Source: a virus (taxonomy: Duplodnaviria; Caudoviricetes). From it: DNA of 37,667 nucleotides. The notes below the pieces were generated by a model. That model searched no databases and was not told the origin of the DNA. It was given only the letters and a program-made list of their open reading frames with translations. Shown here piece after piece: positions 1 through 9,300 of this stretch. The stretch is from the IMG/VR virus record IMGVR_UViG_3300048850_000057, positions 1 through 37,667 of that record, one strand, 5' to 3'. Positions within the stretch are counted from its first letter, which is position 1; each line of letters opens with the position of its first letter. A program made the translations under genes and the position numbers.

Positions 1-127
1 TTTCGCAAAAGTCGGAAGTGTCGGAAAAGTCGGATGGCCGACTGGCCGAACCGCTCAAAGACCTGATTATAAAGGAGGTTTTGGTGGGTGATCACGGGCT
101 CGAACCGTGGACCCGCTGATTAAGAGT
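1..127. repeat. Direct repeat, left copy (att junction; includes the 46-bp tRNA-Lys 3' core at 82-127)
   Basis: Identical to 37489-37615; diverges after ...TTAAGAGT (TAT on the left, CAG on the right). Confidence 0.97.
82..127 (-). pseudogene. tRNA-Lys 3' fragment (att core: anticodon loop to CCA)
   Basis: Matches the 3' 46 nt of the intact tRNA; the 5' half is absent. Confidence 0.9.
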
Positions 128-145
128 TATTATGACCTTATTCAA

Positions 146-158
146 AATCAAAGACTTG
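146..158 (+). promoter_or_regulatory. Putative IHF site in att arm
   Basis: AATCAA-AGAC-TTG fits WATCAANNNNTTR, just inside the att core. Confidence 0.55.
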
Positions 159-269
159 CAATGCACGCCTTAGAAAAGTCTGTCGGTAAACAGCGACCTG
201 AAACCACCTAAATCCACCCCGTCGCCCGGGGTAGATATGAACCGTCGACCCCCTAATTCCTGCCGGCCG

Positions 270-575
270 CTAGTTCCCGGAAGCGGGCCTTTCGACGGCG
301 CGCAGTATACGGTCGCTCGTGTCGCCTAGCTGCTTCATCGTCACCTCAATACGCGTGAGCCGATCGCGCGTGTCGTCGCGCTCCGCCTCCATTTTGACGA
401 TGCGGGCCTCGAGGCGGGTGCGCTCGAGGCCCTCGGTGGTCAACGCCTGTTGCTGTAGAGCAAGATCGGTCTTGAACTGGTACCAGGACCCAAATAGCCC
501 GGCCATCACGACAAATATGGTGATGAGATTGCCTATTGATAGGCGACGGTCGAACCAGCCTGCATTTTCGTTCAC
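270..575 (-). CDS. Lysis-cassette membrane protein (one N-terminal TM plus coiled coil; holin- or spanin-like)
   Basis: Hydrophobic IGNLITIFVVMAGLFGSW followed by a coiled coil; last gene of the lysis operon, 4-nt overlap with the upstream gene. Confidence 0.6.
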   Translation of the reverse strand: MNENAGWFDRRLSIGNLITIFVVMAGLFGSWYQFKTDLALQQQALTTEGLERTRLEARIVKMEAERDDTRDRLTRIEVTMKQLGDTSDRILRAVERPASGN

Positions 576-1105
576 TTACCTGCCCCTTTCGCAAAGATCG
601 ACTTGGCCGTGTTCCCGCCCATGTACAGGCCGGTGTAGATGGTGAAGATCCCGAGGAAGTTGCCGATTTCGATCCCCGGATCTATCTGCGTTGCGGTTCC
701 GAGCGCCCAGAGCGCCGCGTTCAGGAGCGGCCTGACGATGGCGTACCAGGCGATACAGACGAGCATCAGCCACATGCCGGCGGGGCGCCACATCCAGCCA
801 AACGGCGCTTCCTTCTGCATCTCGGCCAACATCAGCCGGTTTGCTTCCCGCTGGCTTTCCGTCCAGGCGGTGACCAGCTCCGGCGTTTCCGCCTCGACGG
901 CAGCAACGGCCTTCCCCAGATCGGCCGGTGGTACGTTCTGCAGATCCTCGGCGGGTACGCCGGCGCGCTCCGCGATCGCGTCGATCACAACGCCGCCGAG
1001 CTCGCCGGCCGTGCCGCCGACATGCTTCTGCAAAATGCTCTTCACGATCGGCGCGCCGACCTTGGCGGCGACGTCGACGAGAATGGAGGCAAGGATCGCG
1101 CTCAT
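572..1105 (-). CDS. Putative holin (GTA-type holin-like)
   Basis: W-x-WRP motif followed by two TM segments and YMGG; directly downstream of the endolysin. Confidence 0.7.
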   Translation of the reverse strand: MSAILASILVDVAAKVGAPIVKSILQKHVGGTAGELGGVVIDAIAERAGVPAEDLQNVPPADLGKAVAAVEAETPELVTAWTESQREANRLMLAEMQKEAPFGWMWRPAGMWLMLVCIAWYAIVRPLLNAALWALGTATQIDPGIEIGNFLGIFTIYTGLYMGGNTAKSIFAKGAGK

Positions 1106-1851
1106 GCCGTCACCTTTGCATATGCTTCCGCGCGTGCATCAGCGGCCTGCTTGCGGGTGAACATCACGACGGCGCCGATCGCCAGGAAGAGGAAGAGCGC
1201 ACCGAAGAGCCACAGCGCCGCTGGATCTGCCGCAGTCTGCTCGACGGCCGGCGCACTGCCCGAGGCGACTGCGCCACCAGCGGATGTCGCGGCCTTGCTG
1301 CCGGCGATCTTCGACCTTTTCTTTGCGTCCTCGGCCTCGAGACGTGCATCGGCCTTGATCCGGCCTTCAGTCGCCCCCATCGCGGCAAGCGCCATGGCAA
1401 CGCCCCGAACCTCGATATCCGCCACACGTCGGCCCCAGCCTTTGCCGAAGGTCTTCCAGATCTTCAGCGACTGGATGAAGGACAGGCGCGCACGGCAGAT
1501 CCGCTTGACCGTTTCGGAATGATCGTTGCTGCCCGCTGAGGCGAGCAGCCACTTCCGGCCGCGGGAAACACCTGAGTTGACCGAGGCGTCATAGACGGCG
1601 AGATCGACACCGGCGAAGAGGCTGGGCGCACCGCAAGCCTGCCAGAACTCCGAACGATAGAATGTCAGCGCCTGCGCCTTGGTGACGTTGCACACCGGCG
1701 TGCGCTTCATCTTCAGCTTGTCCTGGTACTCGTGCCAGCGCTTCTCGGTGATCCCGTACATGGTCTTGCCGCCGGGATCGGCCGGATGGTTGCTCCAGCC
1801 GCCCTCCCAGGCGGCGGTGATTGCGTGGCACGTCTCAAAACGATCGCTCAT
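1102..1851 (-). CDS. Endolysin, glycoside hydrolase family 108, with C-terminal TM segment
   Basis: EGGWSNHPADPGGKTMYGIT, D-x-x-VNSG and FGKGW-x-RR motifs of GH108; hydrophobic C-terminus. Confidence 0.9.
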   Translation of the reverse strand: MSDRFETCHAITAAWEGGWSNHPADPGGKTMYGITEKRWHEYQDKLKMKRTPVCNVTKAQALTFYRSEFWQACGAPSLFAGVDLAVYDASVNSGVSRGRKWLLASAGSNDHSETVKRICRARLSFIQSLKIWKTFGKGWGRRVADIEVRGVAMALAAMGATEGRIKADARLEAEDAKKRSKIAGSKAATSAGGAVASGSAPAVEQTAADPAALWLFGALFLFLAIGAVVMFTRKQAADARAEAYAKVTA

Positions 1852-1856
1852 GAAAT

Positions 1857-1883
1857 GGCTCCAGCATCCTCGATGCTGAAGCC
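1857..1883 (-). promoter_or_regulatory. RBS-sequestering hairpin upstream of the endolysin
   Basis: Minus strand GGCTTCAGCATC-gag-GATGCTGGAGCC: a 12-bp stem (one G-U pair) covering the GGAG SD. Confidence 0.7.
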
Positions 1884-1906
1884 TACGACGGCGCGGATAC
1901 GGTCAA
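1880..1906 (-). promoter_or_regulatory. Putative late promoter (lysis cassette)
   Basis: TTGACC-N15-TAGGCT. Confidence 0.7.
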
Positions 1907-1961
1907 ATGCAGTCCTTTACAGTTGGAGGCGAATCAAATGACAACGTGAGGTAGCTTTCTT

Positions 1962-2783
1962 GTGCAAGAGACTGGAGGCAGAACCCTGGATCACCCACTA
2001 GACCCTATACTTGCGAAAATTAATCGAGCGCACGATCTGCTCGTTCAGCTCAACGATGAGCTCTACGCGTTTCGAAACAAGGAACCGCGCCCTTACTCAA
2101 TTCGCAATGAGTTCGCCGAAGACCTTAGGTCGGTCCGTTGCATGATCTATCTAGTTGAGGCGTCTCCACCGCTCCACGCGCTGTTAGCCGGAGAGATCGT
2201 GCATCATGCCCGTAGCGCGCTCGATCACTTGATCGCCGCATTGGCGAATTGGCGAGGCCAGGAGACGCTGTTAAGCCACCAGTTTCCGATCTGCGCTACC
2301 GAGAAGAAATTCAAGCAAGCGATCGAGAAACAATGGTGTGCCGGCCTGAGCAAAGAAGCACTGGAGGTCATCAAGGAGGTGCAGCCGTTCAATGCCGCGG
2401 ATCCAGACAGCTACACGCTCGACATTCTTCGCGAACTCGATAACACCAGCAAGCATCGCAGCCTTCTCATGACGACGTCTGCAGCTCTCATGAGGGAAAA
2501 TGTCGGTCTAGGGTCGCCTGTGCATTATGGACCCAGCAACCCAATTATCCTCAAGAGCATGGACGCCCCGAAGCCGAGTCCACCAACCGCAGCCGGAAGC
2601 AAAATCTTCGAACTGGGTTTCGATCGGCCAACGGCCCAATTCAACCTTCACATGGAGATTGATGTCTATACTGCGTTCACCAGCCCCGAACGGGTGAAAT
2701 CGTTCAATGTTGTAAAATCGCTGCAAACAATGGTGGCTTTCTCCCGGTATTTAGTAGAACGGTTCCGCCCAGAGTTCGGTTGA
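1962..2783 (+). CDS. Accessory (moron) protein, HEPN-like; candidate defence nuclease
   Basis: On the opposite strand to the late genes and visibly less GC-rich; motifs GEIVHHARSALD and LRELDNTSKHR. The start is uncertain (GTG 1962, or CTG 1986 behind GGAGG). Confidence 0.65.
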   Translation: MQETGGRTLDHPLDPILAKINRAHDLLVQLNDELYAFRNKEPRPYSIRNEFAEDLRSVRCMIYLVEASPPLHALLAGEIVHHARSALDHLIAALANWRGQETLLSHQFPICATEKKFKQAIEKQWCAGLSKEALEVIKEVQPFNAADPDSYTLDILRELDNTSKHRSLLMTTSAALMRENVGLGSPVHYGPSNPIILKSMDAPKPSPPTAAGSKIFELGFDRPTAQFNLHMEIDVYTAFTSPERVKSFNVVKSLQTMVAFSRYLVERFRPEFG

Positions 2784-2796
2784 GGCCTTCGCATGC

Positions 2797-5619
2797 CTAC
2801 TTGATCACGCGCACCCTGATCGTGCCGCTCCCAAGATCTAACGTCCCGCCGCTCTCGTTTTGAAAGCGTACGCGAACCGTGTTGGCATTCACCACGTCGG
2901 CCGTCTTGGTGATGCCAGCGACATTCACCGAGAATGATGCAATGCAGAGATCGCCGAGGGCGGCGCCCGTCACGGTCACGAATGCATCAGCCCCCGCGCC
3001 ATCAGCAAGGCTTGGAGGATCGTAAACTAAGGTGCCCTCGAGATAGCGCGTCTGCCAGAAGTTCTTGAGGTACCAGGTCGAGCCGCGCTTGAAGATCGTC
3101 AGGGATTGCCCGCCGCCGACGCGGACATCCTGCCCGAAGAGGTTGAGATTTCCGGTTCCGTCCTTGTAAGTGGTGATGCGGCCGCTGCTCGAGGGAAACA
3201 GCGTCAGTTCGGTTATCCACCAGGGCGCGTTGATCGTGTCGACCTCATCCGTCGCCGCGTCGCCTTCCGTATCGACCGCATGAACATCCTTGTAGGCGGT
3301 CAACACGCCGCCTGACACCGTGATCTCGGACGGTTCGCGCCGGTCGTAAAGCCTGCCGTTCCCGAAGACGTTGCCCGGGTCGAAGAAGAACGGATTGAAG
3401 ACATCGTTGAAGGAGGAGTAGCGCCGGCCAGGGGCAACGATACCCACTGGACCGATATTCAAGCGACCGCTCCAGGCATAGCCCTCCAGCTCGACGCTCC
3501 CCATGAGCAGATCCGGCCAATTCGCCTGGTGCGCCTGATCCGGCCCGCAAATCGCAAGACCTTGAAACAGGCCATCCGGGTTGAGCGGACCACCAAGCGC
3601 CGTCCGGTAGGCCTTCTCCTCGTAAGTGCCGTCCCTGAATTTGACCTCGCGGCATCCTTGCATCAGGAGGAACATCGGGTTGTGCGTGTACATCGTGTTG
3701 TTTTTGAACAGGATGCCGCGCATCGGATAGCCGACGAGCTCGATCGCCGCCTGGTACTTTCCCGCCTGAGCGCCAAATGCCGGCGACGGACGCTCCACGA
3801 GAGAGGGGTGATGGAAGTCGCGAATGTGGCTGTCGCTCACCTCGGTCTGCGTGGTGCCGTTGTTGTTCGTCATATGCAGCACAGAGCGTCCGCCCCCGGA
3901 GGTCACGACGGCTGACGTGTCGGCAATTCCGGTGAAAGTCAAAGACCCCTCGCCAACAGCGCTATAGGTCAGGCCGGTGTAGGCGTAAGACACGCTGTCG
4001 ATGAAGATGCTTCCGGATGGATTGAACCTGTGCCCACGCGACCAGGCGATGGTGACGGAGTTCGCCGTTTTCGACAGGACCGGATAGGGATCGCCCTGGC
4101 GCACGGAATAGCCGTTGATATCGCAGCGCTCGATCAGGCAGGTTTCGCCGCGACCGCCAGTCGGCGCGCTGCCGAAGCGGATCGACGTTTGCAGGATGCC
4201 GATATTCATGTGCCAGTAGCCGACGGCCTGCATGTCCTGCAGGTTCGCCGTGTAGGGGTTCATGATCAGGATGCCGACATCCCATTGGTCCCACGGAATA
4301 TAGGCATTCATGTTCGCCGCGAGGTAGCCGGCCAGCGGGCCATTGATACCATCGTCGCAGCGCGGCACGACGCGAATGTTGCAGGCGATCGTCTTGCTCG
4401 ACAGGCCAGTCCTACCGAAGACGATACCGGCAGAAAACGGCTTCAGCGTCGCCTTGGTGGCGCCGACGGCATCGCCATTGGTGAAGTCCGCCGCCTCGAA
4501 ATACTGGTCGAAGGCATTGTTGTAGGAGCGGTTCGGGTTAACCCGGAAGGCACCGCTGTGGCGCATCGAAGAACAGAAATCGAGCGTCTGATCCTTCGGG
4601 CCAGTGCCCGTCATAATGATCGTTACGCCCTTTTCGATCTCCATCGACGCGAGATCGAAGAACGGGGTTTCCCAACGTCCAAGGGCACCGAGGCCGGATC
4701 CCTTCGAAGGATCATCGATGTAGATCGTCCGGTCGCACAGATACGCACCGGGCAAAATCTCCCAACTGCCTCTCGTCGCATTGATGAAATCGGCCCATTC
4801 CTCAAGCGCCGGTCCGGCATTGGTAATATGGCTCGGCCCGGCATCACCACGGACAGCGCCAAACATGATCGGATTGGGACGCTCCTCAGAGATTTCCCAC
4901 CACGCGCCACTGACGAACTTGAGACCGGGAGCAGGTGTCAGAGGACCAGCGCGCCTAACCTTTGTGTGACCGCCACCATCTCCGGGGCTGTAGTAGCCGG
5001 CCGTTCGGACGAACTGCAGAACCGGAGGGATGTTGGCGATCTCGAAATCCGCTTCCGTAGCGAAGACAAATCCCGCATTGGCGGCAGCGAGAGCCGCCTC
5101 TGCAGCCGCCTCGGCTGCAGCCGCACTCTCGCCTTCCCCCGGTCGGTTAATGAGCTTGTTATCGGGGCCCCAGCCGATGAGGCTCACCCCGTCCGGAGAG
5201 GGCAAATCCTGCGACTGTTCGCCGAAGCCAACCTTAACTGCGCGTCCGAGGTCCCGAGCTTGCTCCTGTTGAATGATCCTATTGCGATCGAGCTCGTCAT
5301 CAATGTTCTTGGAATTGAAGCGGCCGTCGCGAACGATGGAGGAAAGCCGATCGAGGATTGCGGCGCCGAGCACTAGGTACTTCTCACCCTCAAGCGCCGG
5401 CGTCGTGAGGGTTGCGCTTCCGCCGGACGGCTCCCCCGCTCCGATGAGTGAGTAGTTTGCCGGCCTAGAGAGCTGTACCCAATCGCCGTCCACCTGCTTG
5501 AGAAGGCCTATGTCGTTGTCGTCCTGCCACGGGAAGGTGATGGCAAGCACGGTCTGTCCGGCCGATGCGGTCAGGATGCGAAAACGGTCATCTTGTTCGA
5601 TGGGTAGAACGACGCTCAT
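2797..5619 (-). CDS. Tailspike / tail fibre, probable beta-helix depolymerase
   Basis: T7 gp17-like N-terminal adaptor (ending NIDDELDR), Ala-rich linker, TAGYYSPGDGGG and MFGAVRGD motifs typical of tailspikes. Confidence 0.85.
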   Translation of the reverse strand: MSVVLPIEQDDRFRILTASAGQTVLAITFPWQDDNDIGLLKQVDGDWVQLSRPANYSLIGAGEPSGGSATLTTPALEGEKYLVLGAAILDRLSSIVRDGRFNSKNIDDELDRNRIIQQEQARDLGRAVKVGFGEQSQDLPSPDGVSLIGWGPDNKLINRPGEGESAAAAEAAAEAALAAANAGFVFATEADFEIANIPPVLQFVRTAGYYSPGDGGGHTKVRRAGPLTPAPGLKFVSGAWWEISEERPNPIMFGAVRGDAGPSHITNAGPALEEWADFINATRGSWEILPGAYLCDRTIYIDDPSKGSGLGALGRWETPFFDLASMEIEKGVTIIMTGTGPKDQTLDFCSSMRHSGAFRVNPNRSYNNAFDQYFEAADFTNGDAVGATKATLKPFSAGIVFGRTGLSSKTIACNIRVVPRCDDGINGPLAGYLAANMNAYIPWDQWDVGILIMNPYTANLQDMQAVGYWHMNIGILQTSIRFGSAPTGGRGETCLIERCDINGYSVRQGDPYPVLSKTANSVTIAWSRGHRFNPSGSIFIDSVSYAYTGLTYSAVGEGSLTFTGIADTSAVVTSGGGRSVLHMTNNNGTTQTEVSDSHIRDFHHPSLVERPSPAFGAQAGKYQAAIELVGYPMRGILFKNNTMYTHNPMFLLMQGCREVKFRDGTYEEKAYRTALGGPLNPDGLFQGLAICGPDQAHQANWPDLLMGSVELEGYAWSGRLNIGPVGIVAPGRRYSSFNDVFNPFFFDPGNVFGNGRLYDRREPSEITVSGGVLTAYKDVHAVDTEGDAATDEVDTINAPWWITELTLFPSSSGRITTYKDGTGNLNLFGQDVRVGGGQSLTIFKRGSTWYLKNFWQTRYLEGTLVYDPPSLADGAGADAFVTVTGAALGDLCIASFSVNVAGITKTADVVNANTVRVRFQNESGGTLDLGSGTIRVRVIK

Positions 5620-5643
5620 GAAAGGCCCTCTTGTGGAGAGGAC

Positions 5644-5670
5644 AGCTTTTCATGAGCGAAGTGAGGTCAA
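5644..5670 (-). promoter_or_regulatory. Putative late promoter (tailspike)
   Basis: cggTTGACC-N15-AAAGCT; a second TTGACC lies 11 bp upstream. Confidence 0.55.
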
Positions 5671-5677
5671 CCGGAGG

Positions 5678-5965
5678 TCAAGCCCGGCGGAGACGGTAGA
5701 TACTCAGCGCGAATAAGGCAGCCCCCGCGATATTCAGGACGGACCAGATGTCACGCGTGAGATGCGCCGGAAGGAACGGGTTAAAAACCGCGGCCGAGAT
5801 AAACAGTCCGATTGCAAGACCTCTATCCTTTTCCAGCAAAGCAATACCGCAGAAAACGCCGGCGCCGAAGACGAGGACGCGCAGCAGGCGATAATAGTCA
5901 TAAGGCCATGGTGCCAGCGCTGCGACGAGAGCAATTGCCGCGATCCCCGCGATAATCCTAGTCAT
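5678..5965 (-). CDS. Small membrane protein (DUF6804-like)
   Basis: MTRIIAG... with PWPYDYYRLLR and FNPFLPAHL-x-R-x-x-W motifs; ATGA overlap with the upstream gene places the start at 5965. Confidence 0.7.
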   Translation of the reverse strand: MTRIIAGIAAIALVAALAPWPYDYYRLLRVLVFGAGVFCGIALLEKDRGLAIGLFISAAVFNPFLPAHLTRDIWSVLNIAGAALFALSIYRLRRA

Positions 5966-6306
5966 GTGCGCGCCCTGGAAAACACTTGCCCGACGGCAGC
6001 CATCGCCAGCCCGCCGACCATGAAGGCCAAGCCCGGGAAAAAGACGACAATGCAAGCCAGCCAATGCCAATCCCAGCCGTAATAGGCGCCATATCCGCCG
6101 ATGATCGCGACCGCGACAGTGCCGAGAGAGCCGAGGAACATCATGAGCAACACGCCCAGGATTGCCACCCAATAGCCTTCCCAGCCAAACCACAACTCAG
6201 CCCCCTCAAAGAACGCGGCTAGATACAAGCCCAAGACGCCGAATGAAAGCGCCATCGCTCCCAGCCAGCCAATCACACCCACCAGTCCTGCAAAGAAATC
6301 TCGCAT
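5962..6306 (-). CDS. Small multi-pass membrane protein
   Basis: Almost entirely hydrophobic, Gly/Trp-rich; start MRDFF follows a GGGGA SD. Confidence 0.7.
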   Translation of the reverse strand: MRDFFAGLVGVIGWLGAMALSFGVLGLYLAAFFEGAELWFGWEGYWVAILGVLLMMFLGSLGTVAVAIIGGYGAYYGWDWHWLACIVVFFPGLAFMVGGLAMAAVGQVFSRART

Positions 6307-6376
6307 GTAGTCCCCCATGCCACGATGCCCTCGAGAGAGCATGGTAAGCATGATTCTCTGATAAGTTGAAGCGGCG

Positions 6377-9300
6377 CTACGGGACGAGTTCCGGCTTTTC
6401 CCGCCGCTTCGCCTTCACGCCGTCTACGGCAAAGCCTTGGCTCTCCACGTCCGCCACCAGGTCGTCGACCGTGGCCTCGCTTCCCTCCTCAAGGAGGCGG
6501 TTGCGCAGCTCCGGCCAGGCCGATTTCACCGCGTCCCAGCTCCACACTTTCTTGCCGACATAACCACTGCCAAGTCGCTCGATGAGCGCGGGGCTCAACG
6601 CCTCGAGCTCGCGATAGTAGCCGGTCTCTTCGATTTCCGATCGCTGGGCCCAGCCGGAGACGCCGGCCTCGCGCAGAGCGTTGCGAGCGATCACCATGGA
6701 GAGGTCCGAAAGGATATCGTCCGCAGCACCGCGCTCGGCCGAACTGACGGAAACCGTCTTGCCGTCAGCGTCACGGACATCGTTCGCCGCGAGCTCGCGC
6801 CGCATGGCGCCGATCGCCTGGATGGCCCCGCGAGCCCGGACGATCGGGTGCAGCCGCTTCACCTTCGCCTCTTGGGTAGAAACAGCCACATAGGCTTTCT
6901 CTACCTGATTGAGCCCGGCATAGAAGTCGGCGGCGCCGGCGGCGTCCCCCGCTTCCGCGAGCTCGCGCCAGCTCAGCGCCTTGCCCTCGAGCTTGCCCTC
7001 CTGTTGGCCCGCGAGCTCCCAGAACATCGTCGTCGATTGCGCGCCCTTGGCCGCGTCCTTGATGAAGCGACGCGCGAACGGCACGTCATCCCAACCGGCG
7101 GCGGGCGCGTCCGGCTGCGCGAGGTCGTAGAGCGAAAGCAGGTTGCGGCCCCAACTGCCGCCGAAGGATGCGATCAGGTGATCGGAGATCGCAGGCGAGA
7201 CGTTGAAGATGCGCCCGAGCTGCTTGGAGAAAGCCGAGGTGCGCGCGGTGTACTGCAGGAACGGCTCCATGCCGCGCAGATGGTCCGGCACGATCGGCGC
7301 GTCGGTAAAGAAGTTCGTGTTCGACTTGAGCTCGAAATAGCTCTTGATTGCCGGGTTGCCCTCGAGGAGCGACGGCGGCGTGAGGGTCGTCGAGAGGCTG
7401 TCCCACCAACGGCCGGCCGCGGACGGGTCTTTGCGCACCATGGCGTCGAACATGGCCTCGCCGAGGTTTATGGCCACGGCGAACTCAAAGGGCTTCGGAA
7501 TGGCAGTCCAGCGGTCCCCTGTTTTCACCATCCAGTGCGTAGACCTGGTCGTTTCCGAGATCTCGTCGTGATCCTCATGGCGGCTCATCAGCGCATAGAT
7601 CGAAACCGACGCCGTCACCAGGGCAGCCAGGCGCGCCCAGGTCTTGGCCGCAAGCGCGGCCGCACGAGCATCTTCGACCGTCGTGGCTTGGCCGAGAACC
7701 TTCCGCGCAACCGGCGAGATCATGTGACGCCCGGCCTTGTCGAGGCCCTGCAGCGCCACATTGAGGAAAGGGATCACCCGCGCCAACGCCGCCATGCCGG
7801 ATCCACGCCGATCAAAGTCGAGATAGTCGCGCGCCCGGTAGGCCGCCTCGAACAACGCTTCGTGTTCACTGAGACCGCGTGCCTTGGCTTCCTGCTGAAA
7901 CGTCCGGAAGAGACCGAGGCGCGTCGCCGTTTCAGAGATCTCGACCGCCTCGAGCACGCCGCGGAACGAGGTAAACCGCTGGGCAATCCAGCCCTTTCGC
8001 TTGAGCGCCGAAATATCCCGCTCCGCCATAGCCGTAGACAGCGAAGCCGTCTCGCTCCCTCCCGAGATCCCGTAGACGCGCGAATAGGAGCGCGCGATCT
8101 CCTTTCCGGTCACTTCGTCGAAACCGCCGCGCAGCGTGCTGGCGATCCGCTGCAGAGGTTTGCCGTAGTAGACCGCGGCCATTGCCTGGTCGCGGACGAA
8201 GTTGGCACCGATGAATTCAAACGACGTCGTAATGCCGGCGCGCAGGATCCGCGCCGGGATCGCCACCAGCTCGAGCCAGAAGTTCTTTTCGTGCTGGCTC
8301 ATGGCGACCAGCGTCCGATACATGTCGAGACCGAACTTGCCGTCCGCCAGGCGCAACGCCTTCAGCTGGCCGCCGTCGCGGAAAAAGGCGATCGGCTCGC
8401 CTTTTTCGTTGATGATCGCCGGCCGGAAGACAGCCGCCTTTTCCGAACCGACGGCGCTTTCGACCGCGTCGCGCAAAACGACGATATCAGGCTTGGAGAG
8501 ACCGGCCGCCCGGGCGGCGTTCTCGACCGCCTCGAGCGGGTCGATCATCGAGGCTCGCAGTTCCTTTGCCGGGACGATCTCCGCGATCCGGCCGGCGCCT
8601 TCGCCAGCATTAACGGCTAGGCGGTGCAGCGCCTTGACCACGTCATTCCGTGCGATTGCCATCGCCGTTTCATAGGCGTCGGCCGCCACGCTCTCGAGCG
8701 GATTGATGACGTCGCGCTTAGACCCCTTGAAGCGGCGGGCGAAACCGCCCTTTGCCGTCTTTCCCTTCGAGCGGCCGGGCGGCACGTTCATGTCGGTGTC
8801 CGACGAGAAATCGCGAAGACCTGGAACATAGTCGCGGATCAAGAGGCCTTCGTCGTGCGTCGTCTGATCGATGAGCCCCGCCTCGAGCTTCTTCCGCCAG
8901 AGCGCTCGAGAGAACTCGTGCACCTTTGCCGCGGCCGAAACGAACGCCGGGTTTGCCGCCTCGAGATCCGCGACGTTCTGGACGTGATCCGCTTCGGTGA
9001 GCTTGTCTGGCGGGTTCGGAATTTCGCCCTTGCGATAACGCTCCCATTCGCCGATCGCGCGCCTGGACCAGAGGTAGGAGCCGAATTCGGCGACCTTCTC
9101 CTCATCCCAGCCGGACATTGCATTCGGTTTTCCGGTCGCCTCGATAATTGCATCGCGCAGCGACGGGCTTGCCGGATGGATCCCGCGATATGGGGCGACA
9201 CCATACATGACGTCCATGTGTCCGGCCGCATAGGCGCCGCGGGACATCCGGGCGAGCTTGTAAGGATCGGCCGTCACCTTGAGGTCGAGCGGCTTGCCTT

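Noticed and set aside
2797-6360. Diversity-generating retroelement as in BPP-1
   Set aside because: There is no reverse transcriptase, and I saw no TR/VR repeat pair near the tailspike.
6437-8620. Long plus-strand ORFs (e.g. 727, 504 and 448 aa) antisense to virion genes
   Set aside because: These are shadow ORFs caused by high-GC codon bias, with Arg/Gly-rich translations and no recognisable motifs.
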